Counted from the stretch's first letter, positions 1 to 11,212 are shown. The stretch: 30,666 nt of DNA from Nitrospirota bacterium (GCA_016201805.1 JACQCB010000051.1:1-30666), one strand, 5' to 3'. The notes: generated by a model from the sequence alone, not told the origin. Made by a program: numbers and translations.

Positions 1-2225
1 AAGCGCGTCAGAGCCTCCACCTCGGCATCGGCGGCAAACAACACGGAATGCGGCCCGCAGTCCAATCGCGTGACCACGGAGAGATTATTCAGGCCGGCGC
101 CATGCGTGACGTGTTCATCGGCTCCCCTGCCGGCACTCAGCGCGACAGCATCCTTGGTGGAGCCATCGGTTCCAAGAAGCGGATTCAACACGAGAAGCCG
201 ACAGACGCCCGACGCCACAATCGCCTGTCCCTCCGCCGCGACGGAGGGGGTGAGCCCGCGATCTCGCAACGCCTCGCTCAGACGTTGGTAAAAGGGCTCG
301 GACCGTTCCACGCCATTGCCCCAGTAGCGGCCGACCTCGAATGAACGCAGGACCCAGGCAAGGCCGCCGACGTGATCGAGCTGCGGGTGGGTCCCGATAA
401 CATGGTCCAGACGCCTGATCCCGCGATCCCAGAGATAGGGCCCGACCACAGCCCGTCCCATGTCCAGCGTCTCGTAGACCGCCCCTCCGTCGATCAGGAC
501 GGTCTGGCCATCCGGCAATTCAATCACACTGGCATCCCCCTGCCCGACATCCAGAAACGTCACGCGTAGGGTGTCGCCGTCCGCCGCCACACGCGGAGAC
601 CAGCTCCACCAACACAGGAAGAAGACCGTGCCAAGGACGCAGATCCACGTAAAGACAGGGCGCCCATCGAAACCGAACGCCCCGTAGAGCAGGGCGTAGA
701 ACCCAGCCATAGCGAAGACGCTCGGCGACGCGACATGCCATGCAGCTCCAGGCAACTGCGCCAACTGTTGCACCACCGTGAACAGCAGATCGAGCAGGAC
801 TTGGTGCACCGGCCCCATCGGCAGCGTACCGACTCCCGTCAGCAACACCCAGACGGCTGCCCCCAACCCAAGCGGCACAAGGACCAAGCCGGCCAGCGGC
901 ACGACGACGAGATTCGCGACAAGCCCCAACCAGGCAATCTGGTTGAAGTGGTAGGCGACAAGCGGAACGGTCGCCAAGGTGACGCTGCCGGTCATCCCTC
1001 CATACAAGCGCAGCCACACCCAGATCCGTTCAACGATGACATCCGGGCGATCGCCCGGAAGGTCACGCGGCGATTCATCGCCCTGGTTCAGCCGCCGTAG
1101 AACCAGCGCAATGGCGAGCACCGAGCCATAGGACAGTTGAAAGGAAATGTCGAACCATGCGCGCGGATCGTGCACGAGAATCAACAGAGCGGCGGCGGCC
1201 AACGTGAAGAGCAGTTGGCCCTCGCGCCCCAGCCAGACCGCAAGGAGAAATAACAGGATCATGACGAGGGATCGGATCGTCGCCACTTCCCCCCCGGCCA
1301 GCAGCGCATACCAGGTGACCGGAACCATCGTGCCCAGGGCCGCGACGCGAGTCGGCGTCACCCGACGCGAGAGGGCTTGCAGCCAGGTTGACGGAAGATG
1401 TCGGCAGAGGCCCCGGATAAACGTAAACGAGAGCAAGGCGATCAAGCCGAGGTGAGACCCCGAGATGGAGAGAATGTGGACGGTGCCGGTCGACATGAAG
1501 GCGTCCCGCACCTCTGCAGCCAGGTCGCCGGGCTGTCCCACGATCAGACTCAGATAGATGCCGAGGGCCGGACCATGCAGAGAGGCCTCAGCCGCCCGCC
1601 GGATCTGCTCGCGCCATTCGTCGATGCCGCGCCAGAAGCCCCATCGCGAGAAGCCCGGCGCCGCACCCAGCACCGTCATCTGCCCAGGACCGGACAGGGA
1701 CGCCACGACATCGATCCCTTGTCGGCGCAGATAGGCGGCATAGTCGAAGCCTCCGGGATTGACGGTCCCGGACGGAGGGTGGAGTCGAGCCGTGAATGTC
1801 ACCAAATCGCCTTGTTTGAGGCTCGCATCCGGGTCCCGCCAGGTGAGACGGAGCCGCCCCTCGATCGGTTGCGCAGCCGCCGCTTCGCCAATCTGCGAGA
1901 CCGCCACCACCGCGACCGCACGACGCGGCGCAGCCCGAACAGGTTCGACTACCATCCCCGTGACCTTGCCCGGATCAGTGCCCGCGAGTTCAGCGAGTTG
2001 CGACCCGACGCTCATCCCAATGAACGCCGTCCAATACAGGATGCCGGCCACCAGGCTGCAGAACAAGGCAAGCCCGTAGTGGGTCGTCATCTGCCCCCGG
2101 CCTTCGAGGGCCGTCACTGCGAATGCGGTCACTGTCAGGATGAGAAGAATGGAGAGAGGCACGTAAGGAAGGAAGGAGCCGGCCACCAGCCCGGCGAGGA
2201 AGGCAACGGTGATCGGTAAGAGCAT
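1..2225 (-). CDS. comEC: ComEC/Rec2 DNA-uptake channel protein (partial; 3' end lies beyond the window start)
   Basis: Absent from the ORF track because it has no stop in the window. Translated by hand from ATG at 2225: hydrophobic N-terminus MLLPITVAFLAGLVAG. The Competence-domain motif HILSISGSHL lies near 1450-1480. In the same frame are the metallo-beta-lactamase motifs LDVGQGDA...LIDGG (~490-555), THPQLDHVGG (~363-392) and NNLSVVTRL...LFAADAE (~15-90). Confidence 0.93.
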   Translation of the reverse strand, partial: MLLPITVAFLAGLVAGSFLPYVPLSILLILTVTAFAVTALEGRGQMTTHYGLALFCSLVAGILYWTAFIGMSVGSQLAELAGTDPGKVTGMVVEPVRAAPRRAVAVVAVSQIGEAAAAQPIEGRLRLTWRDPDASLKQGDLVTFTARLHPPSGTVNPGGFDYAAYLRRQGIDVVASLSGPGQMTVLGAAPGFSRWGFWRGIDEWREQIRRAAEASLHGPALGIYLSLIVGQPGDLAAEVRDAFMSTGTVHILSISGSHLGLIALLSFTFIRGLCRHLPSTWLQALSRRVTPTRVAALGTMVPVTWYALLAGGEVATIRSLVMILLFLLAVWLGREGQLLFTLAAAALLILVHDPRAWFDISFQLSYGSVLAIALVLRRLNQGDESPRDLPGDRPDVIVERIWVWLRLYGGMTGSVTLATVPLVAYHFNQIAWLGLVANLVVVPLAGLVLVPLGLGAAVWVLLTGVGTLPMGPVHQVLLDLLFTVVQQLAQLPGAAWHVASPSVFAMAGFYALLYGAFGFDGRPVFTWICVLGTVFFLCWWSWSPRVAADGDTLRVTFLDVGQGDASVIELPDGQTVLIDGGAVYETLDMGRAVVGPYLWDRGIRRLDHVIGTHPQLDHVGGLAWVLRSFEVGRYWGNGVERSEPFYQRLSEALRDRGLTPSVAAEGQAIVASGVCRLLVLNPLLGTDGSTKDAVALSAGRGADEHVTHGAGLNNLSVVTRLDCGPHSVLFAADAEVEALTR

Positions 2226-2312
2226 GGCGACCCTCGACCTGCCGAGCCTCAGCCCGACCCACGACGGCGCTGCACAGAGGGTCCGCGCACCGCTGGCTCT
2301 TGCCCCTCGCGC

Positions 2313-3671
2313 CTAGGCGCTGGGGGCCAACTGTGCCCGCACGGCCTTGGCCAGGTCGTCGGCCACAGACCGGATCAACGCATCTTGTTCCCCTTCGACC
2401 ATGATCCGGATCAACGGCTCCGTCCCGGAATAGCGGACCAGGATACGGCCGGTCCCGTTCAGCTTGGCCTCTCCGTCACGGATCGCTTGCTGCATCGCCG
2501 GCACACGATCGAGGTCCGGCTTCTCCTTCACCTGGAGACTGAGCAAGACCTGCGGAACGGCCGTCATGCACCGGGCTAAATCCGAGAAAGACCGCCCGGT
2601 CCGCTTCATCAGAGCTAAGATTTGGAGCCCTGAAATAAGCCCGTCTCCGGTCGTACTGTGATCCAGAAAAATCAAGTGCCCCGACTGTTCGCCGCCGAAG
2701 TTGTAGCCGTCCGCGACCATCCGCTCCAGCAGGTACCGGTCCCCCACCGCCGTCCTCACCAACGTGATGCCGGCCTTCGACAACGCCAACTCCAGACCGA
2801 AGTTGCTCATGACCGTCCCGACCACGGTCTTGCGTTGCAAGCATCCGCGTTCATGCATGTCAAACGCCAGCATGGCCATCACCTGGTCTCCGCCCACGAG
2901 ACGCCCCTCCTCGCACACGAAGACGGCACGATCGGCATCTCCGTCATGGGCAATCCCCAGATGGGCGCCGTGGTCCCGCACGGCCTGCTGGAGCCGCTCG
3001 GGATGAACCGCGCCACACCCGGCATTGATATTGGTCCCGTCCGGTTCGTCTCCGATCACCCACACGGTGGCGCCCAACTCACGGAAGACCTTCGGGGACA
3101 CTTTGTACGCCGCGCCGTGGGCGCAATCGATCACGACCTTGAGGCCTTGAAAATCGACATCCCTGGGCAAGGACCGCTTCACGAACTCGATGTACCGGCC
3201 CTCGGCATCGTCGATCCGGTACGCTTTGCCGACGGCATCCGCAGTCGGTCTCAGGTGGGAAATCTCATCGGACAGGATCAACGCCTCGATACGCGATTCC
3301 AAGTCATCAGGCAACTTGAAGCCGTCGCTGGAAAAAAACTTGATGCCGTTATCCTGATAGGGGTTGTGCGAGGCCGAGATCATCACCCCCGCATCGGCCC
3401 GGAGGCTGCGGGCCAGAAACGCAACCGCCGGAGTCGGCATCGGGCCGACCAGGAGCACATCCACTCCCATCGAGCAAATCCCGGACGTCAGCGCCGACTC
3501 CAACATGTAGCCGGACAGACGCGTGTCTTTGCCGATGACGATCTGATGCCGGCCTGCGCGTCGTTTGAACAGGTGGGCGGCGGCGCGCCCCAGCTTCATG
3601 GCCGTCTCGCTGGTCATCGGCTCGAGATTCGCCACACCCCGCACGCCATCGGTTCCGAACAGTTTTCGCAT
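2313..3671 (-). CDS. glmM: Phosphoglucosamine mutase
   Basis: N-terminal LFGTDGVRG, phosphoserine motif SASHNP, metal loop DGDADR, GGEQSGH and C-terminal [14 protein letters not shown]; 452 aa. Confidence 0.97.
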   Translation of the reverse strand: MRKLFGTDGVRGVANLEPMTSETAMKLGRAAAHLFKRRAGRHQIVIGKDTRLSGYMLESALTSGICSMGVDVLLVGPMPTPAVAFLARSLRADAGVMISASHNPYQDNGIKFFSSDGFKLPDDLESRIEALILSDEISHLRPTADAVGKAYRIDDAEGRYIEFVKRSLPRDVDFQGLKVVIDCAHGAAYKVSPKVFRELGATVWVIGDEPDGTNINAGCGAVHPERLQQAVRDHGAHLGIAHDGDADRAVFVCEEGRLVGGDQVMAMLAFDMHERGCLQRKTVVGTVMSNFGLELALSKAGITLVRTAVGDRYLLERMVADGYNFGGEQSGHLIFLDHSTTGDGLISGLQILALMKRTGRSFSDLARCMTAVPQVLLSLQVKEKPDLDRVPAMQQAIRDGEAKLNGTGRILVRYSGTEPLIRIMVEGEQDALIRSVADDLAKAVRAQLAPSA

Positions 3672-3683
3672 GGGTCTCCTTAC

Positions 3684-3732
3684 TCAACAATCAACATTCA
3701 GTCGTCGGCATTCAGCTTTTAGCTGAGAGCTT
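3684..3732. repeat. Degenerate 7-nt tandem repeat (7 units, consensus ~TCAGCNT) at the folP 3' end
   Basis: Units read directly: TCAACAA TCAACAT TCAGTCG TCGGCAT TCAGCTT TTAGCTG AGAGCTT. Confidence 0.55.
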
Positions 3733-4583
3733 GTTATCGCTTCCACCATCGTGACCACATCCCGCATCGGACCGACATCATGCACCCGCAGCACCCGCGC
3801 GCCGTGCAAGATGGCCACCGCCACCGCCGCCGCCGTCCCCATCAACCGATCACCGACCGGCCGATCCAAGACCTGCCCGATAAAGGCCTTGCGCGAGACC
3901 CCCACCAGAATCGGGCGCCCCAACGGGACAAATGCGTCAAGCTGCCCCAGCAGCAGCAGGTTGTGCGAGAGATTTTTGCCAAATCCGATCCCCGGGTCAA
4001 GCAGTATCTGCTCCGGGCCGATGCCGGCGTCCCCCGCCGCCGTCATCCGTTCGGCGAAGAACTGTCGCACCTCTTGCACGACATCGCCATAGGAAGGCGC
4101 CTGCTGCATGGTCTTGGGCGTCCCCTGCATATGCATGAGCACCAGACCGGCCCCGGCCTCGGCCACGACCGCCCCCATCTGCGGATCGAACCGAAGGGCG
4201 CTGATATCGTTGACGATGGCGGCTCCCGCCTCAAGCGCAAGCCTGGCCACGCAAGCTTTCGTCGTGTCGATGGACACCGGCACGGACACCCGACGGCAGA
4301 CCTCCTTCACCACCGGGATAAACCGCCTGATTTCCTCGTCCTGACCCACCGGGTCTGAGCCCGGCCGGGACGATTCCGCTCCGATATCGATCAGGCCCGC
4401 TCCCTGCTCGACCATCGCGCAGGCCTGCGTCACCGCCGCCTCGGGATCGAGGTACCGGCCTCCATCGGAAAATGAATCGGGCGTCACGTTGAGCACGCCC
4501 ATGAGCAAGGGACGATCCAGCGGAATCAGTCGCCCTCTGGCTCTCAGCATCTCGTGACTCAACGCCTGGGCTGGATTGCGCAT
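3684..4583 (-). CDS. folP: Dihydropteroate synthase
   Basis: Motifs MGVLNVTPDSFSDGG, IDIGAESSRPG, SIDT, LMHMQGTP, DPGIGFGK, GVSRK and RVHDV. Start placed at ATG 4583 because AGGAGGGAGG precedes it (ORF track start is 4610). Confidence 0.96.
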   Translation of the reverse strand: MRNPAQALSHEMLRARGRLIPLDRPLLMGVLNVTPDSFSDGGRYLDPEAAVTQACAMVEQGAGLIDIGAESSRPGSDPVGQDEEIRRFIPVVKEVCRRVSVPVSIDTTKACVARLALEAGAAIVNDISALRFDPQMGAVVAEAGAGLVLMHMQGTPKTMQQAPSYGDVVQEVRQFFAERMTAAGDAGIGPEQILLDPGIGFGKNLSHNLLLLGQLDAFVPLGRPILVGVSRKAFIGQVLDRPVGDRLMGTAAAVAVAILHGARVLRVHDVGPMRDVVTMVEAITSSQLKAECRRLNVDC

Positions 4584-4713
4584 GGCCTCCCTCCTAACAA
4601 TGGGAACCACGATGGAGCGTCTAGAGGTTGAAACAACTCGGCAGGGAAAACTTCCACGGCCCGTCCAACGCCACCACCGACAACCGCAGGGTCACGGCCT
4701 GGCTTCGACCGTC

Positions 4714-6528
<1,815 letters not shown>

Positions 6529-6580
6529 CCGCGCTCCTCCTCAGCCCTCACGGAAGCCGGGGCATTGGAAATGACTGCAA

Positions 6581-6610
6581 ATACTAGCACAGATATCCGA
6601 ACCCTGACAA
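6581..6610 (-). promoter_or_regulatory. Candidate internal sigma70-type promoter for ftsH
   Basis: Minus strand TTGTCA-18 nt-TAGTAT, with an extended -10 TG, in the hpt-ftsH gap. Confidence 0.55.
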
Positions 6611-6617
6611 CAGCCCG

Positions 6618-7166
6618 TCAGAACCCCTGGCCTTCGTCGTCCACGGTATCGAGCACGGCCAGGTACGGCAGGTTGCGGTATTTCTGCCGGTAGTCCAGCC
6701 CATACCCCACCACATATTTGTTGGGAATCTCAAACCCGACATACTGAACCTCGACGCCCACCTTCCGGCGGTCGGGCTTGCTCAACAGCGCGCAGATTCG
6801 AATCGACTTGGGCTTGCGCTTCGAGAGAGTCTTGATGAGGTGCTGCACCGTCAGGCCCGAGTCCACGATGTCCTCAACGATCAAGACGTCCCGTCCGGCG
6901 ATGTCCTCCGTCAAGTCCGTCACCACCTTGACCTTCCCCGACGTCTTCCCTTTGGACCCGTAGCTGGACACGACCAGAAAATCCACCCGCAGCGGCAGCC
7001 GGATCGCGCGGGCCAAATCCGCGTAGAAGGCGTAGGCCCCTTTGAGAATGCCGACCAGGAGCAGGTCTTTCTCGGCGTAATCGGCCGTAATCTGGCGGCC
7101 GAGTTCCTTGATGCGCGCGCGCATTTCTTCTTGAGTTACGATGGGTCGTCCAAAAATCCGCTCCAT
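6618..7166 (-). CDS. hpt: Hypoxanthine phosphoribosyltransferase
   Basis: VGILKGA, VSSYG, PRPP-binding VLIVEDIVDSGLT and YVVGYGLDY...YRNLP; sits between tilS and ftsH as usual. Confidence 0.96.
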   Translation of the reverse strand: MERIFGRPIVTQEEMRARIKELGRQITADYAEKDLLLVGILKGAYAFYADLARAIRLPLRVDFLVVSSYGSKGKTSGKVKVVTDLTEDIAGRDVLIVEDIVDSGLTVQHLIKTLSKRKPKSIRICALLSKPDRRKVGVEVQYVGFEIPNKYVVGYGLDYRQKYRNLPYLAVLDTVDDEGQGF

Positions 7167-7168
7167 GG

Positions 7169-8659
7169 TCAGCCTGCCCCTCCTTCTGATGCCTCGTCCA
7201 GCAATTCAACCGTCAAGGTCCGTGTCGTGCGGGATGTCGCCAGAAACCGATGGTCCGCCCGATAGCCGCACACCCAGAGGATTCCCTCCGGTGTCGCCAG
7301 GAGAGGGACCTTCGCCCGATCGAGACGCGGCAATTTGATGTCCGCAAAATAATCCTGCAACTTCTTCGTCCGCCCCTGCATCCCGGACGGAGAAAATCGA
7401 TCGCCGGGCTTCCAAGACCGCACCACTAACGCTCCCGTGACGCGGTCCGCGTCGAAGACCGCGACTCGCCGTGACGGAGTCGGAGCCGAAGCGACGCTAC
7501 CGGTCGAAGACGTCGCCAGGCCGGCTCTGAGCGACTGACCGGTGAGGGGCCAGCGCAAAACCGACGGCACGGCCAACACCAGCCCCTTCGAAGCCGCCTG
7601 CGCCCTCGCCTTGGTCCTCGGTGAGGGATCGGACTGGCCCACGGACTGAAAGCGAAGCCGGGCATAGGTCCGCTCGACGCGCACGCCCTCTACCGTGACC
7701 ACGGAACCGGACCGGCTCTGGATGAGCCGATCAAGAATCGTGGCCACAGCCCCGAACGTCGGACCGTTCTCGTTCCCGTTGAGTTGCCGAAGCACAGATC
7801 GGATCACCCGCCGCTGGAGCGCCACGGGCAGAGCCAGCAGACCGGCACGATCCACCACGACCCCGTCACGTTCGCGGCAAGCGACGCGGGCCGTCTGTTC
7901 ACGGCCCCATTGCTCCAGGCATAGATCGTCCTCACGCAGGATGTCGGCCTGCCGCAACAGCGTCGCCACGATCGCCGGATTGTAACGTTTCAGCATGGGC
8001 AACAGTTCATGACGGACTCGGTTCCGCAGGTAGAGCGGCTTGTCGTTGCTGGAATCGGACCGGAACGACACGCGCCGTTCCTTGAGATAGTCCAGAATCT
8101 CCGACCGGCTCACTTGCAACAAGGGACGGATGAAGAACGATTCACGGATCGGCGGAATCCCGGCCAGCCCGGCGGTCCCAGCACCGCGAAGCATCCACAT
8201 CAAGAGGGTCTCGGCCTGGTCGTCCGCCTGATGGCCAAGGGCGATCTTATCGACGCCCAGTTTCCTGCCCGCACGGACCAACACCTCGTACCTGGCCTCG
8301 CGCGCGATCTCCTGCAGGGACGACCGCTGCCGGCCTTGCGCGCCCTCCCTCGCAAGCGACACCCGCTCGCATTGGAAGGGCACGCTGAAGCGGTCGCAAA
8401 GCGCCGCCGCAAAGCGGGCATCCTCATCGGACTCTTCCCCTCGAAGGCCGTAGTTGACGTGGAGCGCCGCGAGCCTCAGGTCCCACGATGGGGCCAACTC
8501 CACCAGCAGGGAGAGCAGCGCCACAGAGTCGGGGCCTCCCGACAAGGCCACCAAGAGCCGATCACCGGGGGCAAACAGCTTGCCGGCTCGGACCCCGGCA
8601 GCGATGCGCCGCGCAAACAGCGTGGGCGTCGTGGGTTGGACTGCGACAGGGCGATTCAC
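7169..8659 (-). CDS. tilS: tRNA(Ile)-lysidine synthetase
   Basis: PP-loop ALSGGPDS, HVNYGLR, GHQADDQAET, IRPLL, NRVRHELLP and C-terminal TilS_C region (GDRF...KKLQDYF); GTG start. Confidence 0.95.
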   Translation of the reverse strand: MNRPVAVQPTTPTLFARRIAAGVRAGKLFAPGDRLLVALSGGPDSVALLSLLVELAPSWDLRLAALHVNYGLRGEESDEDARFAAALCDRFSVPFQCERVSLAREGAQGRQRSSLQEIAREARYEVLVRAGRKLGVDKIALGHQADDQAETLLMWMLRGAGTAGLAGIPPIRESFFIRPLLQVSRSEILDYLKERRVSFRSDSSNDKPLYLRNRVRHELLPMLKRYNPAIVATLLRQADILREDDLCLEQWGREQTARVACRERDGVVVDRAGLLALPVALQRRVIRSVLRQLNGNENGPTFGAVATILDRLIQSRSGSVVTVEGVRVERTYARLRFQSVGQSDPSPRTKARAQAASKGLVLAVPSVLRWPLTGQSLRAGLATSSTGSVASAPTPSRRVAVFDADRVTGALVVRSWKPGDRFSPSGMQGRTKKLQDYFADIKLPRLDRAKVPLLATPEGILWVCGYRADHRFLATSRTTRTLTVELLDEASEGGAG

Positions 8660-8680
8660 GTAGACACCGACCTTCTGCTC

Positions 8681-9625
8681 CTAGGCTTCCGCAACCGACG
8701 ACGCGGCTTTCAACGCCGCCCGCGCCAGGGTGACGTCCAGATCAATGCGGGCCGACAGCGCATCCGCCGTCTCAAACACCAGGTCGCCTCGCAAGCGTTC
8801 CACGAACTGCACGCTGATCGCCTGGCCATAGAGATCCATCTGCTGGTCCAACAAATAGACTTCGAGCAGGCGTTCTCCCGGGCCAAACGTCGGACGCGTG
8901 CCGATATAGGCGACCGAATCGAAGGAGCGGTTCTGCCAGACCGCCGTCGTGGCGTAGACCCCGTCCGCTGGAATGACCCGCCCAGGCGGAAGGCGGAGAT
9001 TGGCCGTCGGCCACCCCAACCCCTGCCCCCGTTGCGCACCCGGCACCACGGACCCGCTCAACTCATACCACCGTCCCAAGCAACGTGCTGCGCCCCGCAC
9101 ATCGCCGTCCTGCACCAGCAGGCGGATTCGGCTCGAACTCACCACCTCTCCATCCACACGGACGGGCGGCACTGCATGGACGAGAAAACCGGCCTCTGCG
9201 CCCAGCCGCTTGAGATCCGGCATCCGACCGGCCCGCCCCTTCCCAAACGCAAAATGCTCCCCCACAAACACCTCGCGGACCGCGAGTCCGTCTCTGAGAA
9301 TCCGCGCGACAAATTCCTCTGGGGTCAGGGATGCCAAAGCCTGGTCAAAGGCCAAGAACAGAACCTCTTGAATGCCGGCCTGCTGGAACCGCGCCAATTT
9401 CTCTTCCCTAGTCGTCAAGAGACGGATATCCACATCGGGTCTCAACACCGTGATCGGATGCGGATCGAAGGTGAGCACCATCGAGGTCCCGCCCGCATCG
9501 GCGGCGGCCTTGACGACGGTCCGCAAAAGCGCCTGATGTCCCAGGTGCTGCCCGTCGAAATTGCCGATCGTCAGCACCGGATAGGCGACTCGCTGATGCT
9601 CGGTCAGGCCCCGCGCCACTTTCAT
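8681..9625 (-). CDS. ribF: Bifunctional riboflavin kinase / FAD synthetase
   Basis: LTIGNFDGQHLGHQ, TFDPHP, VSSSRIR, G...GWPTANL, GVY and IGTRPTF. Confidence 0.96.
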   Translation of the reverse strand: MKVARGLTEHQRVAYPVLTIGNFDGQHLGHQALLRTVVKAAADAGGTSMVLTFDPHPITVLRPDVDIRLLTTREEKLARFQQAGIQEVLFLAFDQALASLTPEEFVARILRDGLAVREVFVGEHFAFGKGRAGRMPDLKRLGAEAGFLVHAVPPVRVDGEVVSSSRIRLLVQDGDVRGAARCLGRWYELSGSVVPGAQRGQGLGWPTANLRLPPGRVIPADGVYATTAVWQNRSFDSVAYIGTRPTFGPGERLLEVYLLDQQMDLYGQAISVQFVERLRGDLVFETADALSARIDLDVTLARAALKAASSVAEA

Positions 9626-9644
9626 ATCGCCGCTCGCCTGGACA

Positions 9645-10619
9645 TCAATCGCCGAGCAATCTGGCTGCGTCTTTGGCGAAATAGCTCAGGATCATATCGG
9701 CCCCGGCCCGCTTGATCGAGAGCAGCGATTCCATCACCGCCCGTTCCTCATCCAGCCAGCCCGCCCGCGCCGCGGCCTTGATCATGCTGTACTCCCCGCT
9801 CACCTGATACGCCGCCAGAGGCAGACGCATGTGGGCCCGCGCCGCCGCAATGATGTCCAAGAACGGCAAGGCCGGTTTGACCATCACGATGTCGGCGCCC
9901 TCCTCGATGTCAGCGTCAATTTCGCGCAGCGCTTCGCGGACGTTGGCCGGGTCCATCTGGTAGGACTGCCGGTCCCCGAATTTGGGGCTCGAGTCCGCCG
10001 CTTCCCGGAACGGCGCATAGAAGCACGACGCGAACTTCGCGGCATAGGCCATGATGGGCAAATCGACGAACCCCGCCTTGTCCAACTCGTCGCGAATGGC
10101 CCCGACCCGTCCGTCCATCATGTCCGAGGGCGCGACCATGTCCGCGCCGGCTTGCGCATGCGTGCGCGCCATGGCTTGCAGACACTCGAGCGTGGCGTCG
10201 TTGAGGATCTTGCCGTCCTGCACCAGCCCGCAATGGCCGTGCGACGTATACTCGTCGATGCACACGTCCGTGATGACGAGCAGCCCCGGCACCTGTTCCT
10301 TCAGCGCCCGGATCGCCCGTTGGACCACGCCGTCCGGATCGTAGGCCGACGTCCCCCGCTCATCCTTGCGATCGGGAATTCCGAACAAGATGACGGCCGG
10401 AATCCCCAGTTGCTGCACCTCCGCCGCCTCCTTCACGAGCAGGTCCACCGAGAGGCGATACTGGCCCGGCATCGACTCGATCGCCTGTCGCTGCCCCTTC
10501 CCGCCGGTGACGAAAAACGGCGCGATCAGATCGGCCCGCGAGAGCCTCGTCTCTCTGACCATCCGCCGCAGCGGTTCGTTCTGTCGCAATCGCCTCAGCC
10601 GGTGACGAGGAAACGCCAT
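9645..10619 (-). CDS. hemB: Porphobilinogen synthase (delta-aminolevulinate dehydratase)
   Basis: RLRRLR N-terminus, [42 protein letters not shown] and AYQVSGEY. Start moved to ATG 10619 ([12 protein letters not shown]). Confidence 0.96.
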   Translation of the reverse strand: MAFPRHRLRRLRQNEPLRRMVRETRLSRADLIAPFFVTGGKGQRQAIESMPGQYRLSVDLLVKEAAEVQQLGIPAVILFGIPDRKDERGTSAYDPDGVVQRAIRALKEQVPGLLVITDVCIDEYTSHGHCGLVQDGKILNDATLECLQAMARTHAQAGADMVAPSDMMDGRVGAIRDELDKAGFVDLPIMAYAAKFASCFYAPFREAADSSPKFGDRQSYQMDPANVREALREIDADIEEGADIVMVKPALPFLDIIAAARAHMRLPLAAYQVSGEYSMIKAAARAGWLDEERAVMESLLSIKRAGADMILSYFAKDAARLLGD

Positions 10620-10657
10620 GCCCTTCTCCCCATGCTTCTTCCTCCGCCTCATTCAGC

Positions 10658-10748
10658 AGGGCGGCTGGCCCGTCCGCCACTGCGCGCGTCCGTCGAACAC
10701 CATCTGACGGTGCGCGATGCGCGAGCACCAGGACGGGCCAACCGCCCT
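10658..10748. repeat. 91-bp intergenic hairpin with 18-bp arms (REP/MITE-like or RNA processing stem)
   Basis: 10658-10675 AGGGCGGCTGGCCCGTCC and 10731-10748 GGACGGGCCAACCGCCCT are 17/18 complementary. The single mismatch is a G-U pair in the minus-strand transcript. There is an inner stem CCGTC/GACGG. Confidence 0.7.
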
Positions 10749-10754
10749 CTTTCT

Positions 10755-11147
10755 CTACTTCCTCGGCAGGTTGGTCAGGAACACGACCAGATCGCGTACG
10801 GAAATCATTCCCACCAGCTTGCCGTTTCGCGTCACGCCGAGATGGCGCAGATGGTGCGCCGCCATCATGTCGTTGGCATCCAGCAAGGTCTTGTTCTCCT
10901 CGATGGTCAAGATCGGCGACGACATGATCAACTCGACCGAGGTAGTGGTCGCATCGGCCCCGACCGCCACCACGCGGCGAACCATATCGGTGTCGGTCAG
11001 GATACCGATGACCTCCCCGCCTCGCGAGACGAACACGCTGCCGATATTGCGATCGCGCATGACCTGGGCGGCCTTCCGGACGTCCATATCCCGGTCCACC
11101 GTCACAAACTTTTCCACCGGCACCATAAAGGACTTCACAGGAACCAT
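10755..11147 (-). CDS. Stand-alone CBS-pair (Bateman module) protein, 130 aa
   Basis: Two CBS repeats (AAQVMRDRNIGSVFV...GILTDTDMV; ANDMMAAHHLRHLGV...GMISVRDLV). Start at ATG 11147 behind a GGAGGAG SD. Confidence 0.9.
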   Translation of the reverse strand: MVPVKSFMVPVEKFVTVDRDMDVRKAAQVMRDRNIGSVFVSRGGEVIGILTDTDMVRRVVAVGADATTTSVELIMSSPILTIEENKTLLDANDMMAAHHLRHLGVTRNGKLVGMISVRDLVVFLTNLPRK

Positions 11148-11212
11148 AGTTCTCCTCCGTTTAGTTATGAACAGACCACCGGCGTTTCGCCCGGTTTTCC
11201 TTGAACGCCCCC

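Noticed and set aside
6578-6604. CTAGCAC near the ftsH promoter as a CIRCE (HrcA) element
   Set aside because: Only a partial half-site; the GAGTGCTAA arm is absent.
10691-10710. Minus-strand CGTC-A-GATGGTGTTC-GACG resembles the 5' loop of the fluoride (crcB) riboswitch
   Set aside because: The 3' pseudoknot partner (ACACC-like after GCUxAUGA) is missing, the segment is buried inside the 18-bp inverted repeat, and hemB is not a typical fluoride-regulon gene.
8009-11204. Very long plus-strand ORFs (8009-9715, 568 aa; 9831-11204, 457 aa) and similar ones elsewhere (e.g. 2658-3722, 4576-5601, 14336-15520, 23158-24222)
   Set aside because: They lie antisense to well-supported housekeeping genes, have Arg/Pro/Gly-rich non-motif sequence, and are the expected shadow ORFs of high-GC DNA.
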